From contig JAQBRH010000002.1 of the NCBI GenBank assembly GCA_028286565.1, positions 145,876 to 209,875 of the forward strand: a stretch of 64,000 bases of DNA, read 5' to 3'. How positions within the stretch are numbered: position 1 is the stretch's first letter; each line of letters opens with the position of its first letter. The notes beneath the pieces are model-generated. The model searched no databases. It was not told where the DNA came from and worked only from the letters and a program-made list of their open reading frames with translations. This document shows, one piece after another, positions 17,998 to 27,591 of the stretch. This DNA is from Parcubacteria group bacterium (lineage in GTDB: Bacteria; Patescibacteriota; Minisyncoccia; Phycocordibacterales; Zambryskibacteraceae). The translations under genes were made by a program, and so were the position numbers.

Positions 17998-19908
17998 ATG
18001 TCGAAGGCCGAAAAACTCTTTGTGGTAGAGGTGATCCCGATCGTTCGAGGCCTGCCCAAAGCCACACTTTCGTATTTCACCAAGGAAAAACTTGTACTCG
18101 GTTCGTTCGTCAGGATCACCGTCAGGAACACCCCGGCTCTCGGACTTGTGGTCCGCACCACCGATGCGAAGGAAGCAAAGTCGAGCCTCAAAGCTTCGAA
18201 TTTCGCTCTAAAAAAACTTACTCCGCTTCAAGGCGATCATTCGCTCTCCCCCGCCTTTATTCGAGCCGCCGAAGCGTCCGCTCGATACTATGCGACGAGC
18301 GTCGGGAGCATTCTCGGTTCAACAATACCCCGATCTCTTCTTGAATCTCCGGAGCTTGTAGCATGCGGACAGCGCAAGGAATCCAAGATCAAGCTCACCC
18401 GCGAGCCCCTCCTCGTCCAGCTTTCGGACGAAGAGCGCTACAGGGAATACAAGTCGATCGTCCGGGGAGCGTTCGCACGAAGCAGCTCGGTTCTTTTTCT
18501 TGTTCCCACTCTCGAGGACGGCTTGCGCGCCTATGATATTTTGTCCAAAGGCATCGAGGCTTATGCCTTCACCACCGCCCGCAAATCCGCGAAGGCTCTC
18601 CGAAGCACTCTCGAAGCGGCGCACGGCGAAAAGCACCCTATCCTTCTCATCACTACGCCGGGATTCATCTCCTTTGATCGCCCCGACCTCGACACGATCA
18701 TCCTTGAAAAGGAAAATTCCCGCTCGTATAAGACTCTGGCTCGTCCGTATATAGACCTCAGGATATTCGCTGAACTTTTGGCCGAAGAATCGGGTAAAAC
18801 TCTCATCCTCGGAGACTCTGTCCTTTCCCTGCGCTCTCTCCTGCGCGAGAAACAAGGCAAGTATGCGGAGCTTTCGCCGCTCAAGTGGAAGACGCATTAT
18901 GATGCAAAGACCCATATCGTAGACATGAAAGCGCCGGTCAACGCAGATGCGAAAGGCGAGCCGGAATTCACCATACTGTCAAAGGAGATCATCGGGATGA
19001 TCTCGCGGGCGATCGAAGAGAAGCGCAAGGTCTTCCTATTTGCCGCCCGCCGAGGACTCGCCCCCTCCACCGTCTGCAGGGACTGCGGGACGGTCCTCCC
19101 GTGCGACAACTGCAAGGCGCCCTTGGTTCTCCACGAACGATCGAACGGAGATCGATTCTATCTTTGCCATGCCTGCGGAGCTCAGAGGGACGCTCACACC
19201 CGCTGCGGCCACTGCAATAGCTGGAACCTGGTCCCGCTCGGCATCGGAGTGACAAGGATCCGCGATGAGGTTCGGAAACTTTTTCCCCACTCGCCTCTCT
19301 TCATCTTGGACAAAGAGCATGCGGGGACCGCCAAGGAAGCGACGGCCGTGGCCAAAGAGTTCGCAGGCGACAAAGGCGGGATCCTTGTCGGCACGGAGCT
19401 CGCCCTTTTATATCTTGAGAAGGTTCCGTACATCGGCATTATTTCCCTGGACTCGCTTTTTTCCATTCCTGACTTCGGCATCCATGAGCGCGTTTTTTAT
19501 CTGGTGAATCGGATCCTTGAAAAAGCCGAACGGGAAGCCATCATCCAGACCAGGAACATCGGCAAGGAAGTGCTTGCCTTCGCCAGCCGCGGGGATATCC
19601 TCGACTTTTTTCGCACTGAGATACAAGAGCGAGAGGAGCTCGCCTACCCCCCCTTCACCCTGTTCATCAAAGTGACGACCGAAGGCTCGTCCGACGAGCT
19701 CGCGAAGAAAGCCGCACGCCTCCGCACTCTTTTTGAAGAATTTTCTCCGGACTTCATCAAGGAGCGCGGGGTCAAGAGCGGCAAGGTCGGGCTTTCGATG
19801 GTCCTCCGGTTCCATAAAAATGAATGGCCGAAGCCCGAGGTCGAAGAGAAGCTGGCTTTGCTTCCTCCTGATTTTTTGATTAAAGTAGATCCTGACAGCC
19901 TATTTTGA
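17998..19908 (+). CDS. priA: primosomal protein N' (PriA) homolog with degenerate helicase motifs
   Basis: N-terminal 3'-DNA-binding region and a Cys-rich zinc motif (CRDCGTVLPCDNCKAPLVLH...CHACG...CGHCNS). Walker A is absent and the DEEH of Walker B is replaced by EKEN. Confidence 0.75.
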   Translation: MSKAEKLFVVEVIPIVRGLPKATLSYFTKEKLVLGSFVRITVRNTPALGLVVRTTDAKEAKSSLKASNFALKKLTPLQGDHSLSPAFIRAAEASARYYATSVGSILGSTIPRSLLESPELVACGQRKESKIKLTREPLLVQLSDEERYREYKSIVRGAFARSSSVLFLVPTLEDGLRAYDILSKGIEAYAFTTARKSAKALRSTLEAAHGEKHPILLITTPGFISFDRPDLDTIILEKENSRSYKTLARPYIDLRIFAELLAEESGKTLILGDSVLSLRSLLREKQGKYAELSPLKWKTHYDAKTHIVDMKAPVNADAKGEPEFTILSKEIIGMISRAIEEKRKVFLFAARRGLAPSTVCRDCGTVLPCDNCKAPLVLHERSNGDRFYLCHACGAQRDAHTRCGHCNSWNLVPLGIGVTRIRDEVRKLFPHSPLFILDKEHAGTAKEATAVAKEFAGDKGGILVGTELALLYLEKVPYIGIISLDSLFSIPDFGIHERVFYLVNRILEKAEREAIIQTRNIGKEVLAFASRGDILDFFRTEIQEREELAYPPFTLFIKVTTEGSSDELAKKAARLRTLFEEFSPDFIKERGVKSGKVGLSMVLRFHKNEWPKPEVEEKLALLPPDFLIKVDPDSLF

Positions 19909-20468
19909 TGAAAAACTTAATTCTCGACCACGACGATCCGATATTGCGCCAGAAAGCCGCCGAAGTTCCTCTGAGTGATATCGGATCAAGACGGATCACA
20001 AGCATCCTTAATCGGATGAAGAAAGCCCTCCATAGCCAGGAAGACGGGGTGGCTATCGCCGCGCCTCAGATCGGCGAGAGCCTTCGCATCTTCCTCGTCA
20101 GCGGGCGCGCTCTGGCTCTGACGAACAAAAAGAAAAGATCCAAAAAAGATATCGATGCGGAAGAAATAGAGGAAGCCTTCGAGGACCTCGTCTTCATCAA
20201 TCCGGTCATCACCAAGCTTTCCAAAAAGAAGAGCAGTATGGAAGAAGGCTGCCTTTCCGTCCGCTGGCTCTACGGAGAAGTGGAGCGCAGCAACAAAGCG
20301 ACGATACGCGCGTATAACGGGAAGGGCGCCAAGTTTGAAATGGGAGGTTCGGACCTCATGGCTCAGATCTTTCAGCACGAAACGGATCACCTCGACGGCG
20401 TATTATTTATAGATAAAGCGGAGAATATCAGAGACCTTCCTCCGAAAGACACAGACGATGAAGAATAA
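19905..20468 (+). CDS. def: peptide deformylase
   Basis: GVAIAAPQIG, EGCLSV and QHETDHLDG motifs. There is a Lys-rich insertion. Confidence 0.9.
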   Translation: MMKNLILDHDDPILRQKAAEVPLSDIGSRRITSILNRMKKALHSQEDGVAIAAPQIGESLRIFLVSGRALALTNKKKRSKKDIDAEEIEEAFEDLVFINPVITKLSKKKSSMEEGCLSVRWLYGEVERSNKATIRAYNGKGAKFEMGGSDLMAQIFQHETDHLDGVLFIDKAENIRDLPPKDTDDEE

Positions 20469-21282
20469 TTTTATTTTTTTCGGTACGTCGAATTTCTCTG
20501 TCTATGTCTTGGATGCGCTGTATGAAAAAGAATGCGCTCCTACCGCGGTAGTCACCTTTCACGACAAGCCCAATGGAAGAAACCTAACTCTTGTCCCAAA
20601 CCCGGTGAAGGTCTGGGCGAAAGAGCATCATATAGAAGTGATAGAGACAGATTCGGTAAGAAGCGAGACGCATCTCACTACGCTCAAGCATCGCAACGCT
20701 GATGTATTCGTGGTCGCAAGTTTTGGCAAGATCATGCCGAAAGAACTCATTTACCTTCCTCCGCACAAGACGTTGAACGTTCACCCATCCTTGCTCCCCA
20801 AGCTTCGCGGACCGGCTCCTATACAGGGAGCGATCCTTGGTGAAGAGAAGACAGGCGTGACCATAATGCGGATGGATGAAAAGATGGATGAAGGGCCGAT
20901 CCTCGTTGCGGAAGAGGTCTCCTTTCCCACCTGGCCGGTGCACTATGAAGTAGCCGAGAAAAAGCTCGGGAAAGCTGGTGGAGAGTTACTTGCTCGGATC
21001 CTCCCTATGTGGACAAGCGGGGCACTCAAAGAAGCTGAACAAAATCCATCTCTGGCTACGTATACACACATGATCAAAAAGTCAGATGCGGATATCACAA
21101 ACGATAATCCAGAAAGCGCCCTTAGAAAGATCTACGCATACAGCACCTGGCCTCGGGCACGAAAAGGCGATTTAATAATTACTTCTGCTCATATAGAAAA
21201 CGGCAATCTAATTTTTGATAAAGTCATCCCTCCAGGCAGAAAGGAGATGAGCTATGCGGATTACTTGCGAGGGAAGAAATAA
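20458..21282 (+). CDS. fmt: methionyl-tRNA formyltransferase
   Basis: HPSLLPKLRGPAPIQ. Overlaps def by 11 nt, which indicates an operon. Confidence 0.9.
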   Translation: MKNNFIFFGTSNFSVYVLDALYEKECAPTAVVTFHDKPNGRNLTLVPNPVKVWAKEHHIEVIETDSVRSETHLTTLKHRNADVFVVASFGKIMPKELIYLPPHKTLNVHPSLLPKLRGPAPIQGAILGEEKTGVTIMRMDEKMDEGPILVAEEVSFPTWPVHYEVAEKKLGKAGGELLARILPMWTSGALKEAEQNPSLATYTHMIKKSDADITNDNPESALRKIYAYSTWPRARKGDLIITSAHIENGNLIFDKVIPPGRKEMSYADYLRGKK

Positions 21283-21330
21283 TCAGTAGACTGGGGAAAG
21301 ATCATTGTACCCTCACACGGAGAGACGAGT

Positions 21331-21804
21331 ATGGAGTCCGGAGCCATAAGTGCGGCGGAAAGACAGGCCGCCATAGATGCACATTTCTCGAGACGGGCTG
21401 AATTCATCGTGAAAGGCCTGATGCCCCGCTTCCACTCTCACCTGAGCGCCCTGCCGCACCGTTCGCCCTTTTATCACGTCAAGCACTTCTGGGTGTGCAC
21501 AGGTGTGTGGAAAGCGAGGCTCGAGGTCACCACCCGCACGGCGAGCCTCCGCCTCATTCATTTGTTCATGAGCGACCTCCCTATGCGTCGAGCATTTGAG
21601 GGAGCTTCCGTTATTCCCCTCGGTTTCGGAAAGGAGTTCGAACTGCCATTCAGGCATAGGATCGACATTCCGATTCAACCCGGCGTGAAAGCGGAATGGG
21701 CGGTGCACTCGACTCCGGACGGAGAGATACCCGCCGAGTGTGTACCCGTTCTGAAGAGCCTGCTCCTCCCCGAGCTCAAGAAGCACCCCAATCTCGTTTT
21801 CTAG
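21331..21804 (+). CDS. hypothetical protein; the + strand is preferred over the overlapping minus-strand ORF
   Basis: GGAG RBS, and a strong + strand terminator follows immediately (gaccgctcagcggtc + TTTTTTG at 21806-21827). Confidence 0.35.
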   Translation: MESGAISAAERQAAIDAHFSRRAEFIVKGLMPRFHSHLSALPHRSPFYHVKHFWVCTGVWKARLEVTTRTASLRLIHLFMSDLPMRRAFEGASVIPLGFGKEFELPFRHRIDIPIQPGVKAEWAVHSTPDGEIPAECVPVLKSLLLPELKKHPNLVF

Positions 21805-21827
21805 ACCGCTCAGCGGTCTTTTTTGTA

Positions 21828-22202
21828 TTATTTTTTGCGCCAATCGCGGAGGCCGCGCATCATGTCTTTGATGGCGCGCTGGCCGCGACGGAGCATCTTT
21901 GTGTGACGGCCCTTCTCCGATGACAATTCCCTCTTCACTTCGTTCTCGACGAGGTCGATGGCCTTATAGAGATCGTCGGATTCTTTGGTGGCCACCAGAT
22001 TCAATCCTTCTCCGACGAGCCGTACTTCGGCTCTGAACACATCTCCGCTTTTGTGGTGGTGAGAAGGCTTGCCCACTTCGACGAAAGCGTCGACCGCGGT
22101 TCGTTCACCCAAATATTTTTCAACGGCGCCTATCTTTTTGTATACATACTCGGAGATCGCTTCGGTCAACTCTATCCCCGTGGCTTTGATCTGGATATTC
22201 AT
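21828..22202 (-). CDS. hpf: ribosome hibernation promoting factor
   Basis: MNIQIKATGIELTEAISEYVYKK...FRAEVRL is typical of HPF/RaiA. Confidence 0.85.
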   Translation of the reverse strand: MNIQIKATGIELTEAISEYVYKKIGAVEKYLGERTAVDAFVEVGKPSHHHKSGDVFRAEVRLVGEGLNLVATKESDDLYKAIDLVENEVKRELSSEKGRHTKMLRRGQRAIKDMMRGLRDWRKK

Positions 22203-22268
22203 AGGCGTTTGGTTAGCTCGTATGCTCTTATAATACAAGAACAAGCGCCGAGGCGCTTGTTCAAAAGT

Positions 22269-22436
22269 TTACTCTTCGGGAGTATCGTCCGCATCGCGGC
22301 GCGAGTCGTCGGCAGCCGCTCGAGTAGCCTCAGCCTTGGTTTCTTCGGCATCCGCTTCAGCCTCGTCAGCGTCCGCCTTACTTTCTTTGGCTTCCTTTAC
22401 ACCTCGCTGTGCGTCTTTTTCTGCATCTGTTGACAT
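22269..22436 (-). CDS. small acidic hypothetical protein (55 aa); absent from the ORF track because it is under 60 aa
   Basis: Reads MSTDAEKDAQRGVKEAKESKADADEAEADAEETKAEATRAAADDSRRDADDTPEE. A hairpin (aacaagcgcc-tc-ggcgcttgtt) follows on the minus strand. Confidence 0.35.
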   Translation of the reverse strand: MSTDAEKDAQRGVKEAKESKADADEAEADAEETKAEATRAAADDSRRDADDTPEE

Positions 22437-22518
22437 ATAGTAATAGTGCTAGCGTATAACGTATTTCGGGCCCGCATATAGAGACGAGAGAGTCCCGGAT
22501 TCGTGTCTCATCAACCGG

Positions 22519-23058
22519 CTAGCTGCGGTTCAGAAATTCCCCATATGCCGCCTGCACCTTTTCAAGCTTGGGGTTTATAACTACTTCGCAATAGGGATTC
22601 CCCGGATGCTTCGCGAAATAGTCCTTATGATAATCTTCCGCTTCGTAGAACTTCTCGAGAGGCACGACCTCAGTAACGACGGGAGCGCCGGAACTCGCGG
22701 AAGCATCTATGTCTTGTATATATTTCTCCACCGCGGCTTTCTGCTCGGGAGTGGTATAAAAAACAACCGACCTGTACTGCGTGCCGACGTCCGCACCTTG
22801 GCGGTTCAGCGTGGTCGGATCATGGCTTCCGAAGAAGATAGTAAGGAGGGTCTCGTATTCGACGAGCGTTGGATCATAGTCGATCCGGACCGCCTCCGCG
22901 TGCCCAGTCTGCCCGCCGGAGACCTGCTCATATGTAGGATTCTCTACTGACCCTCCGGCATACCCGGGCAAAACTGAGGAGACCCCTCGGATCTTTTTAA
23001 AGACCGCTTCAGTGCACCAAAAGCATCCTCCGCCGAATACTGCTGTTGCTTGGCTCAT
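22519..23058 (-). CDS. msrA: peptide methionine sulfoxide reductase A
   Basis: AVFGGGCFWCTEAVF active-site motif. Confidence 0.9.
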   Translation of the reverse strand: MSQATAVFGGGCFWCTEAVFKKIRGVSSVLPGYAGGSVENPTYEQVSGGQTGHAEAVRIDYDPTLVEYETLLTIFFGSHDPTTLNRQGADVGTQYRSVVFYTTPEQKAAVEKYIQDIDASASSGAPVVTEVVPLEKFYEAEDYHKDYFAKHPGNPYCEVVINPKLEKVQAAYGEFLNRS

Positions 23059-23080
23059 GCGCTTATTATATCATGCAGGC

Positions 23081-24082
23081 ATGAAGCGTTTTTTTAATCA
23101 TTGGAAATATCTCCTCGCCGCCGTACTCGTCGTCGGTACGGGGATCGGCGGATACACGTATGGCATGAACCAGCACGATGTGCTGAAGCCCTTGGTCGTC
23201 CGCGAGACTGATGAGGATCTCAAGTTCATCAGTCCCCTCGTGGTATTCACTATCGGGGACAAGAGCAACTATCCCGAATACCGCAGTCTCGAACAAAAGA
23301 TCACAAGCTATATAACCGCGAGCAAAAATAACGGCCAGGCGACCGATGTTTCCGTTTACTTTAGGAATCTTGTGAACGAATCTTGGACAGGCATTAATGA
23401 AGACGAAAAATATGCCCCATCGAGCATGCTTAAGGTAGCCATAATGATGGCCTACATGAAAGCGGCCGAGACCGAGCCAACGCTGTTATCAAAAGAAGTC
23501 CTATACAAAGCCGAAAGTGATCCGGGGCAGACGTTTAAACCGGTTGATCCCCTTTCGACGGGCTACCATACGAACGAGGAGCTCATTGATCAAATGATTC
23601 GAGAGTCGGACAACTTCGCGGCCGATATCCTGCTTTCTAATCAGAAAGAATCTTTGCTCAAAGTATTTCAGGCTCTTCATCTTCCTCAGGAGCAGGACCC
23701 GACCCAGATCGACTTTATGTCCGCACGACTGTATTCCCGCCTCTTCAGAACTCTGTACAACGGCACCTACCTCTCCAAGGATGTGTCGAACAAAGCCCTC
23801 GAACTCTTGTCTCAAACTGATTTCCAAGACGGGCTCGTAAAGGGCGTCCCGGCCTCGGTGATCGTTTCGCATAAATTCGGCGAACGCACTGTACGAGATA
23901 ACCCCACGAACAATAACGTAGTCTATCGAGAGCTTCATGACTGCGGGATCATTTACCACGATACAGCCCCTTATTTCCTCTGCATTATGACCAAGGGCAA
24001 AGATTTCAACAGCCTTGAATCGGTTATCTCCGATATTTCGCACATTGTCTACACAGACGTCAACCAAGGACTCGCCCAATAA
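23081..24082 (+). CDS. class A beta-lactamase-like serine hydrolase (PBP-like), membrane-anchored
   Basis: SxxK (SSMLK), SDN (RESDNF) and KxG (HKFGER) motifs in canonical order, with an N-terminal TM segment. The start is set at MKRFF. Confidence 0.7.
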   Translation: MKRFFNHWKYLLAAVLVVGTGIGGYTYGMNQHDVLKPLVVRETDEDLKFISPLVVFTIGDKSNYPEYRSLEQKITSYITASKNNGQATDVSVYFRNLVNESWTGINEDEKYAPSSMLKVAIMMAYMKAAETEPTLLSKEVLYKAESDPGQTFKPVDPLSTGYHTNEELIDQMIRESDNFAADILLSNQKESLLKVFQALHLPQEQDPTQIDFMSARLYSRLFRTLYNGTYLSKDVSNKALELLSQTDFQDGLVKGVPASVIVSHKFGERTVRDNPTNNNVVYRELHDCGIIYHDTAPYFLCIMTKGKDFNSLESVISDISHIVYTDVNQGLAQ

Positions 24083-24130
24083 TTATTTTCCTTCGGATAA
24101 ATAAAGCCAAAGATTTGATAAAATGATCCT

Positions 24131-24382
24131 ATGATCAAAACAGAAATTGCCGGCGGCGTGGCGCATAGGATGCCGGCGGACCTGAGAGAGGCTCTCATCT
24201 CCTCATCGCGAGTCGTATCGGCGTGGGATGACATAACTCCGCTCGCCCGCAACGAATGGATATGCTGGATCGAGTCCGCGAAGAAACCGGAGACGAGGAA
24301 GCACAGGATCGAGAGGACACGCTCGGAACTGCGCGAAGGAAAACGCCGACCCTGTTGCTGGGCCGGCTGTATTCATCGGTGA
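24131..24382 (+). CDS. YdeI/OmpD-associated family-like small protein
   Basis: NEWICWIESAKKPETRKHRIERT...GKRRPCCW C-terminus. Confidence 0.45.
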   Translation: MIKTEIAGGVAHRMPADLREALISSSRVVSAWDDITPLARNEWICWIESAKKPETRKHRIERTRSELREGKRRPCCWAGCIHR

Positions 24383-24464
24383 AATAAAAAATTAAACCGA
24401 GAAAAGATTATTAAAATTTTGAGTGCATGAATTTAGTTTTGCATAAAAAGACAACGCCACGGAA

Positions 24465-24779
24465 TTACTCCGTGGCGTTTGGGGTCTCGATGAGCTCAGC
24501 AAACATCTGAGCATAGTCCTTCGACAACATGGAAGAGACCGTAACGTTCAGCGCTTCGCATACTTTCATTGCTGAGAAGTACCCGATTGGCGCCTTCGCC
24601 CCTTCCACGCGGCTGAGGTGACCCGCAGTCAGACCCGACTGAGTACCGAGTTCAGTCATGCTCATTCCTCTCACCGGTCGTACTGCTGAGAGGTTGCGGC
24701 CAAACAGTGCGGCCCCTTCGGGAGTTCGAATGGCAATATCGAACTCAACTTCTGCGGCTCGTATTGAAGAGACGGACAT
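24465..24779 (-). CDS. XRE-family helix-turn-helix transcriptional regulator
   Basis: HTH MSMTELGTQSGLTAGHLSRVEGAK. A TTGACA-N17-AATAAT promoter and a GGAGG RBS lie upstream. Confidence 0.7.
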   Translation of the reverse strand: MSVSSIRAAEVEFDIAIRTPEGAALFGRNLSAVRPVRGMSMTELGTQSGLTAGHLSRVEGAKAPIGYFSAMKVCEALNVTVSSMLSKDYAQMFAELIETPNATE

Positions 24780-24846
24780 GATGCCTCCAAAAAGGACGTG
24801 GGTTTGCTTCCAGTATTATTTCACAACTTTATAAGTCTGTCAACTT

Positions 24847-24869
24847 GGCTCCACGGCTAGGGCTGGGCC
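24847..24869 (+). repeat. att-like direct repeat: a copy of the tRNA-Asn 3' end (21 of 23 nt)
   Basis: ggctccAcggctagggctGggcc compared with ggctccGcggctagggctCgaacc at 27868-27891. Confidence 0.5.
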
Positions 24870-25037
24870 ATTAACATTGCTTCGCAATTTCGCGACCCCG
24901 ACTCGGCTACATCCTTTCAGGATCGGCTTCACCCCCATCTATGGAGGGGAAAGAGGTTCATGAACGTCTATATGCATTATAGGTAGATCCTCTGAACCTT
25001 TACTCGATTCTTAATATTAGTTAGCTATTCGTTATAA

Positions 25038-26273
25038 ATGAAAAAAATCACTCGAGCCGCTATATTCGCGGTTTTTGCTGCATTTGCGATTCTCAGTTCC
25101 TCTTTGCCAGGTGTTGCGCGGGCCAATGGTCCCGGAGCCATTAATCTTGGGGCTGCAGGCAACTTCGTTATCTTGACCAAAACAGGTGTTTCAACAACCG
25201 GATCTACATCAGTGAACGGAGATATAGGTGTGAGTCCTGTGGCGGCAAGTTATATCACGGGGTTTGCTCTCACGCTTCCTTCCGCCTCAGCCTTCTCTAC
25301 TTCGGCTTTGGTGACCGGAAATGTCTATGCTTCGGATTATGCCGTTCCTACTCCTAGCAATCTTACAACCGCGGTTAATGATATGGAGACTGCCTATAAC
25401 GATGGTGCGGGCCGTTCCGATACAACTGCGACAGAACTCGGTGCCGGTAACATTGGCGGGTTAACCATTCCTCCGGGACTTTATAAGTGGGGTACCGGGG
25501 TAACGATTCCTTCAGATGTAACCCTAAGTGGTTCAGCGAACGATGTGTGGATCTTCCAAATTGCCCAAGGTCTGAATGTAGGACCTGGGGTGAGCATCCA
25601 GCTAAGCGGAGGTGCCCAAGCTGCGAATGTTTTCTGGATTGTGGCCGGCCAAACGACCATCGAAACCACAGCGGTCTTTAATGGGAACATTTTGGACAAA
25701 ACAGCTATCGTCCTTAAAACTGGAGCACGATTGAACGGCCGAGCTCTCGCTCAAACCGCCGTAACGCTTGATTCAAATACGATAACAAAAGTGGGTTCAA
25801 ATGGCTCCCCTACCCCCACCCCGACTCCTGCGCCAGTACCTACTCCAACTCCCTCGCCTACTCCCTCCTCTTCTTCGTCCGGTTCGTCCGGCCAATCTTT
25901 GAACGTAACGGCTTCGAACGGATTGACCATTGTTTCCCAGCCGACAGATCCTAAGATCGCCTTGCAGCAAAAGCTCGACCAATTGGTCGCTCAGTTACGA
26001 ACCCTTCAGGGACAAGCTGGATCTCCTTTGCGAGGAGTTATGGTAAATCTGAATGTGGGAAGCCGAGGAAGCAATGTAAGCACTCTTCAGCAGTTTCTTA
26101 TCTCCCAGAATAAAGGATCGGCCGCAAGAGCGCTTTCTAGCGTCGGGGCCACCTCAAACTTCGGAGTCATGACTAAAGCAGCCTTGGCAGAATTCCAAAT
26201 GAATGTAGGCATCCAGCCCGCTTTAGGAAATTTCGGTCCGATCACCCGTGCGTACATCAGTGCTCATTTCTAG
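25038..26273 (+). CDS. secreted DUF3494 (ice-binding-like) protein with a Pro/Thr/Ser linker and a C-terminal peptidoglycan-binding domain
   Basis: Signal peptide; AAGNFVILTKTGVSTTGSTSVNGDIGVSP ... NVFWIVAGQTTI ... GRALAQTAVTLD; PG_binding_1-like LQQFLISQNKG...TKAALAEFQ. Terminator at 26300-26335. Confidence 0.8.
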   Translation: MKKITRAAIFAVFAAFAILSSSLPGVARANGPGAINLGAAGNFVILTKTGVSTTGSTSVNGDIGVSPVAASYITGFALTLPSASAFSTSALVTGNVYASDYAVPTPSNLTTAVNDMETAYNDGAGRSDTTATELGAGNIGGLTIPPGLYKWGTGVTIPSDVTLSGSANDVWIFQIAQGLNVGPGVSIQLSGGAQAANVFWIVAGQTTIETTAVFNGNILDKTAIVLKTGARLNGRALAQTAVTLDSNTITKVGSNGSPTPTPTPAPVPTPTPSPTPSSSSSGSSGQSLNVTASNGLTIVSQPTDPKIALQQKLDQLVAQLRTLQGQAGSPLRGVMVNLNVGSRGSNVSTLQQFLISQNKGSAARALSSVGATSNFGVMTKAALAEFQMNVGIQPALGNFGPITRAYISAHF

Positions 26274-26439
26274 TTTCCTTATAAAGGAGCATTAAACAAA
26301 AAAACCACTTTTTCGGTGGTTTTTTTGTTTGATATTCACACTAGCCGACGATTTTCGAACTTTGGATTGGGCAACTGAATTCCCCTTTCCTTCGGTTGAG
26401 TTAGAACAAATTAAAAGTTTATTGGCATAAGAAGAACCG

Positions 26440-26468
26440 CCAGCACAAAAGTGCTGGCGGTTAGGACT
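26440..26468 (-). terminator. hairpin terminator (aaccgccagcac-aaaa-gtgctggcggtt)
   Basis: A 12-bp perfect stem followed by a T-rich tract on the minus strand, downstream of the 26490 gene. Confidence 0.6.
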
Positions 26469-26489
26469 CCTGGCATTTCTGCCGGGAAA

Positions 26490-26852
26490 CTATTTGCTAC
26501 CAAACCTGGCCTTCATCGCCGCAAGTGCGTCACGGGAGGGTTTTACCCATTTCCTTTTCCATGCACATTCCGGCTGAGTTTTACCTCGCGGATCACGAGG
26601 ATAGCCCTTGAAGTATTGATACCGACTCGGAGAGCCGGCACATGGGGTGGGGCCATCGACAGGAAACAGATGTCGATCAACTAATCCAAAAAATCCCAGT
26701 GAGTGAGGTTGGCGAGTAGCTTCGAAATTAGTGACGCTGTTTTCGAGCGGCACCAACTGACCGCAATAGTCGCAAGGGAGTGGTTCCGTGATGAAGCTGA
26801 TGATCATTGCAGGATTCCTCGTTGAGGGGTAGGCGCATATGCACCTCCTCAT
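26490..26852 (-). CDS. Cys-rich hypothetical protein (possibly zinc-binding or HNH-like; family not recognised)
   Basis: CDYCGQ...HLFPVDGPTPC...ECAW spacing. The start is uncertain: MRRC or the internal MIISF. Confidence 0.4.
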   Translation of the reverse strand: MRRCICAYPSTRNPAMIISFITEPLPCDYCGQLVPLENSVTNFEATRQPHSLGFFGLVDRHLFPVDGPTPCAGSPSRYQYFKGYPRDPRGKTQPECAWKRKWVKPSRDALAAMKARFGSK

Positions 26853-26976
26853 GAGTAGTCCTTGATTCGGTGCGTGTGATGAAACAAAAAGTAGCTTCTA
26901 TCGATGTCGCATGCTTTGTATCTCCAGGTTTAGTTAATGTTCGAGGCTATTTCAAAGTTATCACACATTGTTTATA

Positions 26977-26993
26977 TTGTCAATAGTTTGCTC
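26977..26993 (+). repeat. promoter-associated repeat TTGTCAATAGTTtGCTC (its reverse complement carries a TTGACA -35 for the 26852 gene)
   Basis: The same 17-mer is found at 27694-27710, and a related one at 24837. Confidence 0.4.
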
Positions 26994-27144
26994 TGTATGT
27001 TGGACGAGTTCAGAACTCATTGGTTGAAAAGTTTAGAAGGTTGAATTGGGGTTTGATTGAAAAAGAATTGAGTTTCGCAGGACTGAGTTAAGTAAAAGAA
27101 AGCCACCCGAGAGGTCGGGTGACCTTCAGGGGTGGCGGTAGAAC

Positions 27145-27591
27145 TTACACTTCAGTGCGCAGAAGCTCATCGAGAGTCATTCCGCGAACCTGAGCGCAGT
27201 ACTCGAATTGGCGGAGGTAAAGTGGCTCCTCACGTCGGTCGTCCTTGGTGGTACCGACCCAGCGAAGTGAACACTTGCCAGCGATGGTCATCTTTTGATG
27301 GATACCATCCTTATCGGTCCCGACTTTGACAACATTCCCTTCCTCGAAGAGGGCAGTATAGAAAATCTTCTGCCCATCAGGGCGCACAAGGTGGAAATGA
27401 ATCAAATCGTCGCGACTAAGACTTGCTCCGATTTGATAAACAATGTTGCCGACAATCATCGAACCGTAGCCAGTGTTGAAATCGTACTGAGCAAGGTACA
27501 CGCGCTCGCCAGTGAGAACTTCGACTGCTTGCGAGATCATGCTGATGAACCTGCAGACGGTGGCGGTAAGGACGGGCTTCTTGTGTGACAT
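27145..27591 (-). CDS. hypothetical protein (148 aa)
   Basis: ORF with a GGAGG RBS and a roughly 65-nt structured leader. A minus-strand terminator (cacccgacctctcgggtg + T-rich) lies at 27098-27135. Confidence 0.5.
   Translation of the reverse strand: MSHKKPVLTATVCRFISMISQAVEVLTGERVYLAQYDFNTGYGSMIVGNIVYQIGASLSRDDLIHFHLVRPDGQKIFYTALFEEGNVVKVGTDKDGIHQKMTIAGKCSLRWVGTTKDDRREEPLYLRQFEYCAQVRGMTLDELLRTEV

Noticed and set aside
21313-21843. Minus-strand 176-aa ORF overlapping the + strand ORF at 21331-21804
   Set aside because: A strong + strand terminator immediately follows the + ORF, and a GGAG RBS precedes it. The minus ORF would run through that terminator and into hpf. Neither product is recognisable, so the + call is given low confidence only.
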